Part shown: in pieces, positions 1-8,741 of the stretch
Numbering within the stretch: position 1 is the stretch's first letter
Layout of the letters: each line of letters begins with the position of its first letter
From: Candidatus Collierbacteria bacterium
Lineage (GTDB): Bacteria; Patescibacteriota; Microgenomatia; UBA1400; MFAQ01
Assembly (NCBI GenBank): GCA_903873735.1
Contig: CAIQPO010000094.1
Coordinates: forward strand, 1 to 39,664
Direction: 5' to 3'
Length of the DNA: 39,664 bases
Made by a program: the position numbers and the translations under genes
Notes under the pieces: model-generated
Seen by the model: the letters and a program-made list of their open reading frames with translations, nothing else
Databases searched by the model: none
Told to the model about the DNA's origin: nothing

Positions 1-1
1 A

Positions 2-1018
2 CTTGATTCTTACAGTGAAATTATTAAAAAGATGGGAGAGGTGGCGGTGGAAAGGAAGTATGACGGTACTAGAGTGCAGATACATTATTCCAGAAAAGAT
101 GGAGTACTTAGAACATTTACTAGAAATTTGGAAGAAACAAGCAATATGTTTCCAGAGCTAAAAAGCATTGGCAATTGGATAAAGGGAGACTCGGTAATTT
201 TGGATTGCGAGGCTGTGGGCATGGGGAGGGATGGTAGGATACTGCCTTTCCAAGTGACGATGACAAGAAAGAGAAAACATAATATTGCTGAAGCTTCAGA
301 GTCGGTGCCATTGAAGTTTTTTGTGTTTGATATTTTGGAGAAAAATGGCGAGGGTTTGTTGGAACTACCCTATTTTGAAAGAAGAAAGCTACTTGAGGAG
401 ACAGTAATTAATGGATTGTCGATGGAGGTAGATGAGTGCAAGAAAACCGTGGATCCTGTGGAAATTGAGAAGTGGCATGATCAGTTTTTGGGGGAGGGGT
501 ATGAGGGGGCGGTGATTAAAAAGTGGGATGGGGGATATTTACCTGGGAGACAGGGATGGAATTGGACAAAGATAAAAGAAGCAGAGGGAGAAACGGGGAA
601 GTTGTCGGACACATTAGACTTGGTGGTGATGGGTTATTACTACGGAAGGGGTAAGCGAGCAGGGTTTGGTATTGGGGCATTTTTGGTGGGAACCAAGAAG
701 GATGATAAGTGGGTGTCTCTGGCCAAGATTGGTACTGGATTGACTGATGAGGAGTTTGTGAGTTTGAGGAAAAGATTGGAGGAGTTGGTGGTGGTGAATA
801 AACCTAATGATTATTTAGTGGAAGGTGCTTTGGTGGCTGATGTTTGGGTACAACCTGAAATTGTGGTGGAGGTGGCAGCCGATGAAATTACTAAGAGCCA
901 GACTCATGCAGCGGGTATAGCACTAAGATTTCCGAGGTTGGTAAGGTTTAGAGATGATAAAAACATTAATGGAGTAACTACTTGGGAAGAAGTGCTTGGT
1001 ATTGGAAAACTGACTTGA
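2..1018 (+). CDS. ATP-dependent DNA ligase, 5'-partial (reading frame is open to the window edge)
   Basis: Adenylation motif I ERKYDGTRVQIH (KxDG). Further ligase motifs: ILDCEAV, FFVFDIL, EGAVIKK. C-terminal OB-fold motif LRFPRLVRFRDDK. No stop codon between position 2 and the listed ATG at 32. Confidence 0.9.
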   Translation, partial: LDSYSEIIKKMGEVAVERKYDGTRVQIHYSRKDGVLRTFTRNLEETSNMFPELKSIGNWIKGDSVILDCEAVGMGRDGRILPFQVTMTRKRKHNIAEASESVPLKFFVFDILEKNGEGLLELPYFERRKLLEETVINGLSMEVDECKKTVDPVEIEKWHDQFLGEGYEGAVIKKWDGGYLPGRQGWNWTKIKEAEGETGKLSDTLDLVVMGYYYGRGKRAGFGIGAFLVGTKKDDKWVSLAKIGTGLTDEEFVSLRKRLEELVVVNKPNDYLVEGALVADVWVQPEIVVEVAADEITKSQTHAAGIALRFPRLVRFRDDKNINGVTTWEEVLGIGKLT

Positions 1019-1036
1019 GTTAGTTAAAATTGAGGA

Positions 1037-1687
1037 ATGGATTTTCTTAAACAAGCGGTAGATTTGTTTTTACATGTTGATAAAAACTTGGCTGTGCTTA
1101 TCGCCCAGTACGGTGTAGCAACGTATGCAATATTATTTTTGGTGGTGTTTGCTGAAACGGGATTAGTGGTCACTCCGTTTCTGCCTGGTGATTCTTTGCT
1201 ATTTGCTGCTGGTGCTTTGGCGGCAATGGGTTCATTCAAGATTAGTTTGTTGTATGTATTGTTGCTCGTAGCGGCGTTTTTGGGAGATACAGTGAATTAC
1301 TGGATTGGACACAAGCTGGGTAGAAGTGTGTTTGAGAAAGATAGTAAGTTTTTTAAGAAGGAGTATTTGGAAGAAGCAGAAGCTTTCTACGCAAAACATG
1401 GAGGCAAGGCAATTGTTTTGGCAAGATTTGTACCAATTGTGAGAACTTTTGCTCCTTTTGTGGCTGGAGTTAGTGTGATGCATTATTCGACATTTCTCAT
1501 ATACAACTTGATTGGTGGCTTCTTGTGGGTGAGTTTGTTTTTGCTTTCTGGTTTTTGGTTTGGAAATATCCCTTTTGTAAAGGAAAATTTCCATTATGTG
1601 GTGGTGGTGATAGTGCTTATCAGTGTGGTACCAATTGTTTGGGAAGCCTGGAAAAAGAAGAAATTGCATTCCAAAAAAGAGGCTTAA
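1037..1687 (+). CDS. DedA/SNARE-associated family membrane protein
   Basis: VTPFLPGDSLLFAAGALAA and ARFVPIVRTFAPFVAG signatures, with multiple hydrophobic helices. Confidence 0.8.
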   Translation: MDFLKQAVDLFLHVDKNLAVLIAQYGVATYAILFLVVFAETGLVVTPFLPGDSLLFAAGALAAMGSFKISLLYVLLLVAAFLGDTVNYWIGHKLGRSVFEKDSKFFKKEYLEEAEAFYAKHGGKAIVLARFVPIVRTFAPFVAGVSVMHYSTFLIYNLIGGFLWVSLFLLSGFWFGNIPFVKENFHYVVVVIVLISVVPIVWEAWKKKKLHSKKEA

Positions 1688-1715
1688 ATAGTTTTATTTG
1701 TGGCATAATGATTTT

Positions 1716-2684
1716 ATGCTTGCCAACTTGGTGATTATTGCCGCATTGATTGTGTTGATGGTCGTTTTTACCGGATTGGCGATTTCACAGTTTGAAAAGA
1801 TTTCTCATGAATTGAGGATTAAGAAGTTGATGTTGGCTTCGGTGGTGGTGGGCTTACTCACCTCTCTTCCTGAAATATTGGTGGCAATAACTTCATCTGC
1901 ATCAGGGTCTCCACAGATATCTCTTGGTGACTTGATGGGAGCAAATATTGCCAATTTAAGTTGGGTAGTGGGTGGAGCTGCTATTGTGGGAAGGACGATT
2001 CCGGTGGTGGGTGAGTATATAAGAGAGGACCTGTGGGTAACTATGGTGTTGGTACTGGCTCCTTTTATATTGATGGCTGATGGCGATTTGTCTAGATTTG
2101 ATGGCTTCGTACTACTTTTGGGATATCTGCTTTATTTGGCTGACATGATTAAAAAGGGAAGATTTGATATTAAGCAATCCAAGATGGAGGGCAGGCTGTT
2201 GCATGTAAAGCACAAGCTGAAACTTAAGGAAAAGTTAACCCACATATTTGGTTTGTGTGTAGCCTTGGCTTTAGTAGCAGTGTTTTCTGCAGAGCTTGTT
2301 CGAAGGGCTGTGGCCGTTTCACTTACTTTGGGGGTGTCGGAGTTTTGGGTCGGGTTGATAGTGCTGGCAGTGGGTACGACTTTACCTGAATTGGTAGTGA
2401 GCTTGGAGGCAGCCATGAACAGAAAAGCTTCACTAGTGTTGGGAAATTTGTTTGGTAGTATGGTGGTCAACTCGACTTTAATAATGGCGCTGGTGGCGTT
2501 TATTCACCCGACAAAATTTGAAGAAACAGCACAAAAGGGCTTAGCAGGGTTGTTTTTGGTGCTAATCTTGGGATTATTTTGGCTGTTTACAGCGACGAAG
2601 AAGAGGTTGGATAGATGGGAGGGGGTGGTTCTGGTGGGAGTTTATCTGATGTTTTTGGGGTTACAGTTTTTAGTTCTGAGGTAA
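1716..2684 (+). CDS. Sodium/calcium exchanger (CaCA, YrbG-like) membrane protein
   Basis: Two alpha-repeat motifs (GDLMGANIANL and GNLFGSMVVNSTL) separated by a charged loop. The track start at 1698 is TTG, so ATG 1716 is preferred. Confidence 0.75.
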   Translation: MLANLVIIAALIVLMVVFTGLAISQFEKISHELRIKKLMLASVVVGLLTSLPEILVAITSSASGSPQISLGDLMGANIANLSWVVGGAAIVGRTIPVVGEYIREDLWVTMVLVLAPFILMADGDLSRFDGFVLLLGYLLYLADMIKKGRFDIKQSKMEGRLLHVKHKLKLKEKLTHIFGLCVALALVAVFSAELVRRAVAVSLTLGVSEFWVGLIVLAVGTTLPELVVSLEAAMNRKASLVLGNLFGSMVVNSTLIMALVAFIHPTKFEETAQKGLAGLFLVLILGLFWLFTATKKRLDRWEGVVLVGVYLMFLGLQFLVLR

Positions 2685-3569
2685 TTATTTTTCCTCCAGG
2701 CTCAACAGGGCAGAGATTTTATCCAAAATCTTTGGTTTTTTGAGGAGTTTGGCAAAAGTGGAGTCTACCTTACTAAACATTTTGGCGGTTTTTTCATCTC
2801 CATCAAAAAAAGCACCACCCATTGGGTATTCGCTGACTTGATCTACTTGCTGTTTGGTGATGTATTTGAGATTAAGGATGGCGTACTGTTGGGTGATTTT
2901 TAGCATACCTACTTTGCGGAATCGCCTAAGAGAGTAAACATATCGGGGGTCGTGGAATACAGTAAAGCTTAAACCCTTTTTGTATCCTTGGCGGACGAAT
3001 TCGGTATCTTCAGCAAAACCGACTTTGGGATTAAAACCACCAGTTTTTTCAAATTTGCTGGTCTTGCAACCTATCATGGCTCCAAAGGCTCCTGGTGTTT
3101 TTGTAAGGTATCCAGCTTCCACTAAAAGATTGAGATAAGTGGCAATGGCTTTGTCGGATCGTTTGTTTGTGTCGGCTTGGCACCAGACAGTAAAGAGATC
3201 GGCTGGAGTGACTCTAATGTGGTACTTGATGCCTTCCAGATAGTGGTTGGGGAGATTGTTGTCCGCGTCGTTGAATAGGATGTATTCACCCTTAGCCTTT
3301 CTAGCACCAAGATTTCTTTGGACTGATACATTGCGGACATCTGAAGTGACTATTGTAAGAGAGGGAAGCTTTGAGGTTAGAGCCTTAGCTTTTTCAACTG
3401 ATTTGTCGTCGGAGTGGCCATCGACTACGATAACTTCAAAGTCTTGTGAGGTTTGATTGGCGAGGTCGGCGAGGAGAGAGGGAAGGGCCTTTTCTTCATT
3501 GAGAACGGGGATGACAATAGAAAAGAATGGTTTTTTGGGCGCAGTCATGAGTAGATTATACATAAGCAT
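2685..3569 (-). CDS. Family 2 glycosyltransferase
   Basis: N-terminal FSIVIPVLNEE...EVIVVDGHSDDKS and a DAD-type motif (NDADN). The start may instead be the downstream ATG at 3548 (MTAPKKPFFSIVIP). Confidence 0.8.
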   Translation of the reverse strand: MLMYNLLMTAPKKPFFSIVIPVLNEEKALPSLLADLANQTSQDFEVIVVDGHSDDKSVEKAKALTSKLPSLTIVTSDVRNVSVQRNLGARKAKGEYILFNDADNNLPNHYLEGIKYHIRVTPADLFTVWCQADTNKRSDKAIATYLNLLVEAGYLTKTPGAFGAMIGCKTSKFEKTGGFNPKVGFAEDTEFVRQGYKKGLSFTVFHDPRYVYSLRRFRKVGMLKITQQYAILNLKYITKQQVDQVSEYPMGGAFFDGDEKTAKMFSKVDSTFAKLLKKPKILDKISALLSLEEK

Positions 3570-3593
3570 TTTTTTGCTAGAATCTCTTTAGAA

Positions 3594-4133
3594 ATGAAAC
3601 TAATAATTGGCTTGGGAAATATTGGTGAGGAATATGAAAAAAGTAGACACAACTCGGGGTTTATGTTTGTGGAGAGGATGAACAAGAGATTGGGTGGTGG
3701 AGATTTTTCACTGGATAAGAAGATGGAAATGTACTGGGTGAGGACTGGAGAGATAATTTTTGCCAAGCCGACGACTTATATGAATGAATCTGGTAGGGCA
3801 GTGAGACGGATGCTCGATTATTACAAGCTGAATATAGAAGATTTAGTGGTAGTTCATGATGATTTAGATATTCGACTAGGAGATTACAAGGTGAAGCTTG
3901 GCGTTGGTCCGAAAGTACATAATGGACTTAAGTCGGTAGAGAAAAGTTTGGGTAGTGAGATGTTTACCAGGGTGCGTTTGGGGGTGGATTCCAGGAATGA
4001 GAGTCAGAAAAAGATACCTGGATCTAACTACGTTTTATCTAAGATGCAAAAAGAGGAACTGAAAGTCTTGGAGGGAGAGATGGACCTGGCTATGGGTGAT
4101 TTAGCGGTAGCTTTGGGCTTGGAGTTCGAATAA
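3594..4133 (+). CDS. pth: Peptidyl-tRNA hydrolase
   Basis: MKLIIGLGNIGEEYEKSRHNSGF, TYMNESG and VVHDDLD are canonical Pth motifs. Confidence 0.93.
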   Translation: MKLIIGLGNIGEEYEKSRHNSGFMFVERMNKRLGGGDFSLDKKMEMYWVRTGEIIFAKPTTYMNESGRAVRRMLDYYKLNIEDLVVVHDDLDIRLGDYKVKLGVGPKVHNGLKSVEKSLGSEMFTRVRLGVDSRNESQKKIPGSNYVLSKMQKEELKVLEGEMDLAMGDLAVALGLEFE

Positions 4134-5915
4134 CTCTTTGTAGCGACCCTTATTTTTCATCAATTGGAAATGACTACCGTATTCGGCGACCTGTCCCTCC
4201 TCTAGCACTAGGATTTGGTCTGCTTTCCTCACCGTGCTGAAACGATGAGATACAAGAATAACAATTTTGGTGGTGGTGACTTTGAGTAGCTCGGAGAAAA
4301 TCTGTTCTTCTGTTTCAGGATCAACATTTGATGTTGGTTCGTCGAGGATGATAATTGGAGCGGGACGGAATAAGGCTCTGGCAAGGGCAACCCTTTGCCA
4401 TTGCCCCTTACTTGGCTCAATGCCTTTATCAAACTCCTTATCAAGTGGATTTTTGTATTTGAGTGGAAGCGAGTTGATGAAAGGATGAATCCCTGTAAGT
4501 TTGGCTGCATGGTGAATGTTTTTGGCAGAAGGTTTTTGGTTTATGTCGCCGAAATGTATGTTGTCTTTGGCTGAAAAAGGGTATTGGGCAAAGTCTTGAA
4601 AGAGAGCTGAAATTGAGTGGCGATATTGATTTAATTGATACTGATTTATGTTTATGCCATCAATTAAGATTTCCCCTCTTTGAGGTTGGTAGAAACGACA
4701 GATGAGTTTGATGATAGTAGATTTTCCAGCACCATTTTCTCCGACTATGGCTAGGTTGTTGGTGGGAGAGAGGGTGAAGGAGACACCTTTGAGAATCCAA
4801 TGATTAGAGGAGTTGTATTTGAACCAGACATCTTTGAATTCGATGCCATGTTTAATGTCGGTAGGGAGGTAATATTTTCCTGTTTGATCGTCTTCGGCAA
4901 GGGACATAAAGGTTTCATAGTCTTTGACGAAGAGATAGTTTTGGTAGACATCATTCAACTGGCGGATCAAACGGGATATGGCACCAATAAAACGACTGAC
5001 GGCAGAGCTGGTAATTTGGGCAGTACCGAGGGTGATGGTCTGATTGATGGCTAGATAGTAGAGGTAAAGGCGATTGGATGACTCAAATACTGAAATGGGT
5101 GCCGATACAGCCTGACGACGCCAAGCGTATTTCATGCGAATGTCATTGTCTTTGTTGAAAAACTTTTTTGACATTTTGGTGCGGCGCTTAAGAAGTACTT
5201 CTACATGGTTTAGGATTTTGTTTTCGTAAAGGTATCTGCCCTTGACGGCAAAGTCCTCAAGAGCTCCCCAGATTCTCCAGAGCGGTGCATGTTCGGTGCG
5301 GAAAGTGTGCTGGTCTCTGCTGAATTTAACACCAACTAAGATGTTTGGAATTGCGAGGATGATACTGGGTATTATTAAAAGAGGTTGAAAGGTGATAATG
5401 GGAATTGCAGCAGATATTATGGTAAAAACTGTGTCGGGAAAAGAGGAGATGGGAATGACAAGCTGCCAGACAGATCTGCCGGTGTTGTCTAGAACTTTTT
5501 GAAGTGTGTTTCTGGTTTCTGGAAGCTCGGCGATGTCGACAGGGAGAGAGTTTACTTTCCTTGATATAGAAACAGAAACCTTTTCTCCGACTAGGTTGGC
5601 CATGGTATAGCTCCAGGCAGAGTCTAAGTTTGAGGTGATTTGACTAACCTGGTCAATAATTAAACTGAGAATGGCAGCGAAGATCATGGTACGTATGCCA
5701 GTATCTATGTCGTGGGTAGTGATGGCAGTCATGACGGCATCGATGAGCATCTTACTAACCATAAGGGAGGGGTAAACTAAGGCACCGCTTAGGGCATTAA
5801 CGATGGTTAGTTTGACGAAGAGTATTTTGTTGGTTTTCCAAGCAAGTCCAACAGTAGTGAAGTAGGTGGTGGTAAACTGCTTTATCTGGGTTAGAAGGGT
5901 AGAAAATTTGACCAT
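4101..5915 (-). CDS. ABC exporter, fused permease and ATPase (MsbA/ABCB-like)
   Basis: N-terminal six-helix TMD. Walker A GENGAGKST, signature SKGQWQR, Walker B IIILDEPTS, H-loop SHR. Confidence 0.9.
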   Translation of the reverse strand: MVKFSTLLTQIKQFTTTYFTTVGLAWKTNKILFVKLTIVNALSGALVYPSLMVSKMLIDAVMTAITTHDIDTGIRTMIFAAILSLIIDQVSQITSNLDSAWSYTMANLVGEKVSVSISRKVNSLPVDIAELPETRNTLQKVLDNTGRSVWQLVIPISSFPDTVFTIISAAIPIITFQPLLIIPSIILAIPNILVGVKFSRDQHTFRTEHAPLWRIWGALEDFAVKGRYLYENKILNHVEVLLKRRTKMSKKFFNKDNDIRMKYAWRRQAVSAPISVFESSNRLYLYYLAINQTITLGTAQITSSAVSRFIGAISRLIRQLNDVYQNYLFVKDYETFMSLAEDDQTGKYYLPTDIKHGIEFKDVWFKYNSSNHWILKGVSFTLSPTNNLAIVGENGAGKSTIIKLICRFYQPQRGEILIDGININQYQLNQYRHSISALFQDFAQYPFSAKDNIHFGDINQKPSAKNIHHAAKLTGIHPFINSLPLKYKNPLDKEFDKGIEPSKGQWQRVALARALFRPAPIIILDEPTSNVDPETEEQIFSELLKVTTTKIVILVSHRFSTVRKADQILVLEEGQVAEYGSHFQLMKNKGRYKELFELQAQSYR

Positions 5916-5933
5916 AAGACAGAATAATTATAG

Positions 5934-6266
5934 ATGAGTATGGATAAAAAAGGCTTTGCAAATATTGTTTCAATCTTGGATAAGTACGACTTTGATGAGC
6001 CAAAACAAAGGCGTATTTCAAGAGAGTTTCAGGATTATGCCTATCGATTGGCGTTAGATTTGGATGATACTGCTCACACACCTATTTACATGAGGATGGT
6101 AAAAAACACTCCTCGTGAGTTGCTTGAGAGAGCGAGGAGCTTTGTAACAGACTCAAATGCCAGAAGTAAGGCGAAGCTGTTTATGTGGAAGGTAAAACAG
6201 TTGAAAGACGAGATGAAGAATGACACTGGGGAGAAGAAAAAAGTTCACCAGGAATCTATTTTTTAG
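5934..6266 (+). CDS. Hypothetical protein (110 aa, charged, helical)
   Basis: Intact ORF in the host-typical G-rich composition. No motif recognised. Confidence 0.5.
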   Translation: MSMDKKGFANIVSILDKYDFDEPKQRRISREFQDYAYRLALDLDDTAHTPIYMRMVKNTPRELLERARSFVTDSNARSKAKLFMWKVKQLKDEMKNDTGEKKKVHQESIF

Positions 6267-6280
6267 TATGATGAAGGTAG

Positions 6281-7528
6281 ATGCTTAAGAAATCAGTGTC
6301 TTGGTGGAGTGAAAATTCTTTTTGGACGAGAGTAGTGTTTACTTGTTTGATTTTGTTTTTTGTTTATTTGGGAGATGCTGTATTGTCGGACTGGGTGCCT
6401 GGATACATGCAGGAAAAGCTTGGGGGTTCAATGCTGATGGGACTCGTGATGTCGTTTAGTAGTTTGGTGGGATTTGGGGCTGATTTGGTATTTCCACAAT
6501 TACTAAAAGGAGCGTCATCAAAACGCTTGGTAATATTGGCAATTGGAACAAGCTTGGTATTTTCTGGGGTTCTCCTGTGGTCAATTGTGTGGCCAACTGT
6601 TTGGGTGTTTTTGATTGCTATGGCGGTGTGGGGTTTGTATTACGAATTTTTGGGATTCGGATCTTTTCAGTTTGTGTCGGAGAATGTACCTCCTCATGGA
6701 AGATCAGGAGTTTGGGCAATTTTTTCGGTATTCAAAAGTTTGGCATATTTTTTAGGCCCAATTTTGGGCAGTATGGTGGCCTTGAAGGTGAGCAACGAGG
6801 CAACGGTGTCTATGGCAGCGTTTTGGGTGATTTTAGGGTATGTGTTGTGGAAGTTTGCCAAAGCTAAGGGTAAGGTGGCTGCAAGTGAGGAGGCGAACGA
6901 AAAACTTAACTTGGTAGATGAGATAGAGCATTGGGTTGTGCTTTTTAAACATGTTTGGCCGATTTTGATTGTGAGTGTGACCATGGGTCTTATTGATGCA
7001 ACTTACTGGACAACCGGAACAGTGCTATCAGATAAACTGGCACTTCAAAATTGGTGGGGTGGAATGTTTTTGCCGCTTTACATGCTACCGCCGGTGTTTG
7101 TTGGATTCATAGTGGCTAGGTGGGGAATATATAAAGGAAAGAAGAAGATGGCAGAGAAGTTTATGCTTTTGGGAGGAATATTTCTGACCTTACTCGGAGT
7201 GAGTGATGCAACTTGGGTCTTGTTGTTGGCATCGTTTTTGACTGGCGCTTCTTTGTCGGTGGCTTGGCCTCTCACCGATGCGGTGTATTCTGATATTTTA
7301 GAAAGAATGGGAAGAGAGAGGAAACATTTGGTGGGATTGTCGAGTTCTACAATTTCGCTTGCTTACATTATTGGACCGATAATGGCAGGCTATATTGCTT
7401 CTTTGGTGGGTGAAAGGATGACTTTTGTGGTGATGGGTGGGGCCTGTGTGGTGATATCTTTGGTGCTTTTGGTAATAACGCCGAAAAAACTAAAACTACC
7501 TCAAAGGGAGATTAGAACTTGGAAGTAG
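6281..7528 (+). CDS. MFS-type transporter
   Basis: About 12 predicted hydrophobic helices split by a charged central loop (KAKGKVAASEEANEK), a typical MFS layout. Confidence 0.7.
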   Translation: MLKKSVSWWSENSFWTRVVFTCLILFFVYLGDAVLSDWVPGYMQEKLGGSMLMGLVMSFSSLVGFGADLVFPQLLKGASSKRLVILAIGTSLVFSGVLLWSIVWPTVWVFLIAMAVWGLYYEFLGFGSFQFVSENVPPHGRSGVWAIFSVFKSLAYFLGPILGSMVALKVSNEATVSMAAFWVILGYVLWKFAKAKGKVAASEEANEKLNLVDEIEHWVVLFKHVWPILIVSVTMGLIDATYWTTGTVLSDKLALQNWWGGMFLPLYMLPPVFVGFIVARWGIYKGKKKMAEKFMLLGGIFLTLLGVSDATWVLLLASFLTGASLSVAWPLTDAVYSDILERMGRERKHLVGLSSSTISLAYIIGPIMAGYIASLVGERMTFVVMGGACVVISLVLLVITPKKLKLPQREIRTWK

Positions 7529-7555
7529 AGAAAAAAATTAGTTTAGAATGGAGAT

Positions 7556-8107
7556 ATGAGAAATAAGATTATTTGGCATCAGGTGGTGCTGGTTGCGGTG
7601 ATGGTATTTTTAAGTGGATATAAATTTTTATTAGGGAGAATTGATTTAGATTTGGATACTTTGTGGTGGTGGTTGGGAAGTGTGGCTGGTTTTATATTTG
7701 TATTTTCTGACAGGATATTTTATGCATTGGTGACGAGGACTGATGAAAATATGTCGGTGGAATTAAGGGAAAATCTGAAGAAGGGTAAGGTGGGGATGGC
7801 GCTAAGTCAGCTAATTTCAGAGAGACATGAACAAAAGGAGCTCGTTATGAGAAGCGTGTTGTTTGTAATTTCTTGGTGGGTGCTGGCGCTATTTGCCTTT
7901 ACCAGCACAGCAAATATGTTTGCTAGGGGATTAATTTTAGGTATAGGGATTCACTTGGTGTTTGACCTGCTTGCTGATTACTGGTGGGATAGAGAAAGAT
8001 TGAATTTGTGGTTCTGGCAGATTAAGCGTGTGGTGCCAGAGTCAGAAAAACAAGTGTTTGTGGTGGTGTCTTTGGTGGTATTTTTGTTTATGGCTTTGTT
8101 CTTTTAG
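7556..8107 (+). CDS. Hypothetical membrane protein
   Basis: Four to five hydrophobic helices. No recognisable motif. Confidence 0.5.
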   Translation: MRNKIIWHQVVLVAVMVFLSGYKFLLGRIDLDLDTLWWWLGSVAGFIFVFSDRIFYALVTRTDENMSVELRENLKKGKVGMALSQLISERHEQKELVMRSVLFVISWWVLALFAFTSTANMFARGLILGIGIHLVFDLLADYWWDRERLNLWFWQIKRVVPESEKQVFVVVSLVVFLFMALFF

Positions 8108-8132
8108 TAGTTGACAGTAGAGAATATTTTGT

Positions 8133-8149
8133 ATACCATGAGGGGGTAT
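8133..8149. promoter_or_regulatory. Candidate CsoR-family operator, ATACC-ATGAGGG-GGTAT pseudo-palindrome with a G-tract
   Basis: ATACC (8133-8137) and GGTAT (8145-8149) are inverted. They are nested inside an outer inverted repeat, TTGACA (8111-8116) and TGTCAA (8150-8155). The element overlaps the predicted -10 position (TACCAT, 8134-8139), 17 nt after TTGACA. Confidence 0.45.
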
Positions 8150-8167
8150 TGTCAATTAATAATTTTA

Positions 8168-8395
8168 ATGACTAAAGAAGATAGAAAAAAGATACAGATC
8201 ATGCTAAAGCGCATTCAGGGACAGGTGGGTGGAATAGAACGCATGGTGTCGGAGGAAAAAGGGTGTGAGGCAGTAGTAACACAGATAACTGCAGCCATGA
8301 GTTCGCTCAGAAGTGTGGCTAGAACTTTACTGACGGATGCGGTTGATTCTTGTGATAGGGCGGAGTACGCTAAATTACTGAAAAGATTTTTATAA
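8168..8395 (+). CDS. CsoR/RcnR/CstR-family (DUF156) transcriptional repressor, two-Cys type
   Basis: LKRIQGQVGGIERMV...GCEAVVTQITAAMSSLRSVARTLL...DSC matches the family helix pattern. The track start at 8111 is TTG, so ATG 8168 (MTKEDRKK) is preferred. Confidence 0.8.
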   Translation: MTKEDRKKIQIMLKRIQGQVGGIERMVSEEKGCEAVVTQITAAMSSLRSVARTLLTDAVDSCDRAEYAKLLKRFL

Positions 8396-8414
8396 ATTAA
8401 TTAACAAAAAATAT

Positions 8415-8738
8415 ATGGCTTTAATACATTTTACTGATCAAAATTTTGACGAACTGGTGCTTGAGAATGAGAAACCAGTGTTAGTAGATTTTTTTGCTGA
8501 TTGGTGTGGACCATGCAGAGCAGTGGCCCCAATTATTGAAGAGCTAGCTAACCAATATGAAGGAAAAGCTTTGGTGGGAAAGGTGGATGTGGATGCAAAT
8601 TCACAAGTGGCAGGAAGATATGGCGTGATGAGTATTCCGACTGTAATTTTATTTAATAAGGGGGTGGAAGTTGGTAGACAGATTGGATATGTGGGCAAAG
8701 ATGCCTATGTGGAGATGATCAAAAAATTGGTTAAATAA
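8415..8738 (+). CDS. trxA: Thioredoxin
   Basis: WCGPC active site, 107 aa, IPT cis-Pro loop. Confidence 0.95.
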   Translation: MALIHFTDQNFDELVLENEKPVLVDFFADWCGPCRAVAPIIEELANQYEGKALVGKVDVDANSQVAGRYGVMSIPTVILFNKGVEVGRQIGYVGKDAYVEMIKKLVK

Positions 8739-8741
8739 ACT

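Noticed and set aside
1232-1669. Long antisense or alternate-frame ORFs inside well-supported genes. Examples: 1232-1669, 2132-2470, 8864-9289, 9096-9452, 11580-11918, 19560-20021, 19628-19999, 22515-22838, 24477-24842, 25755-26150, 33042-33398, 36412-36708, 38817-39119.
   Set aside because: Each is fully embedded in a gene with clear family motifs on the other strand or frame. Their translations are low-complexity Ser/Pro/Thr/Leu/His-rich strings, as expected when reading the C-rich complement of a G-rich strand.
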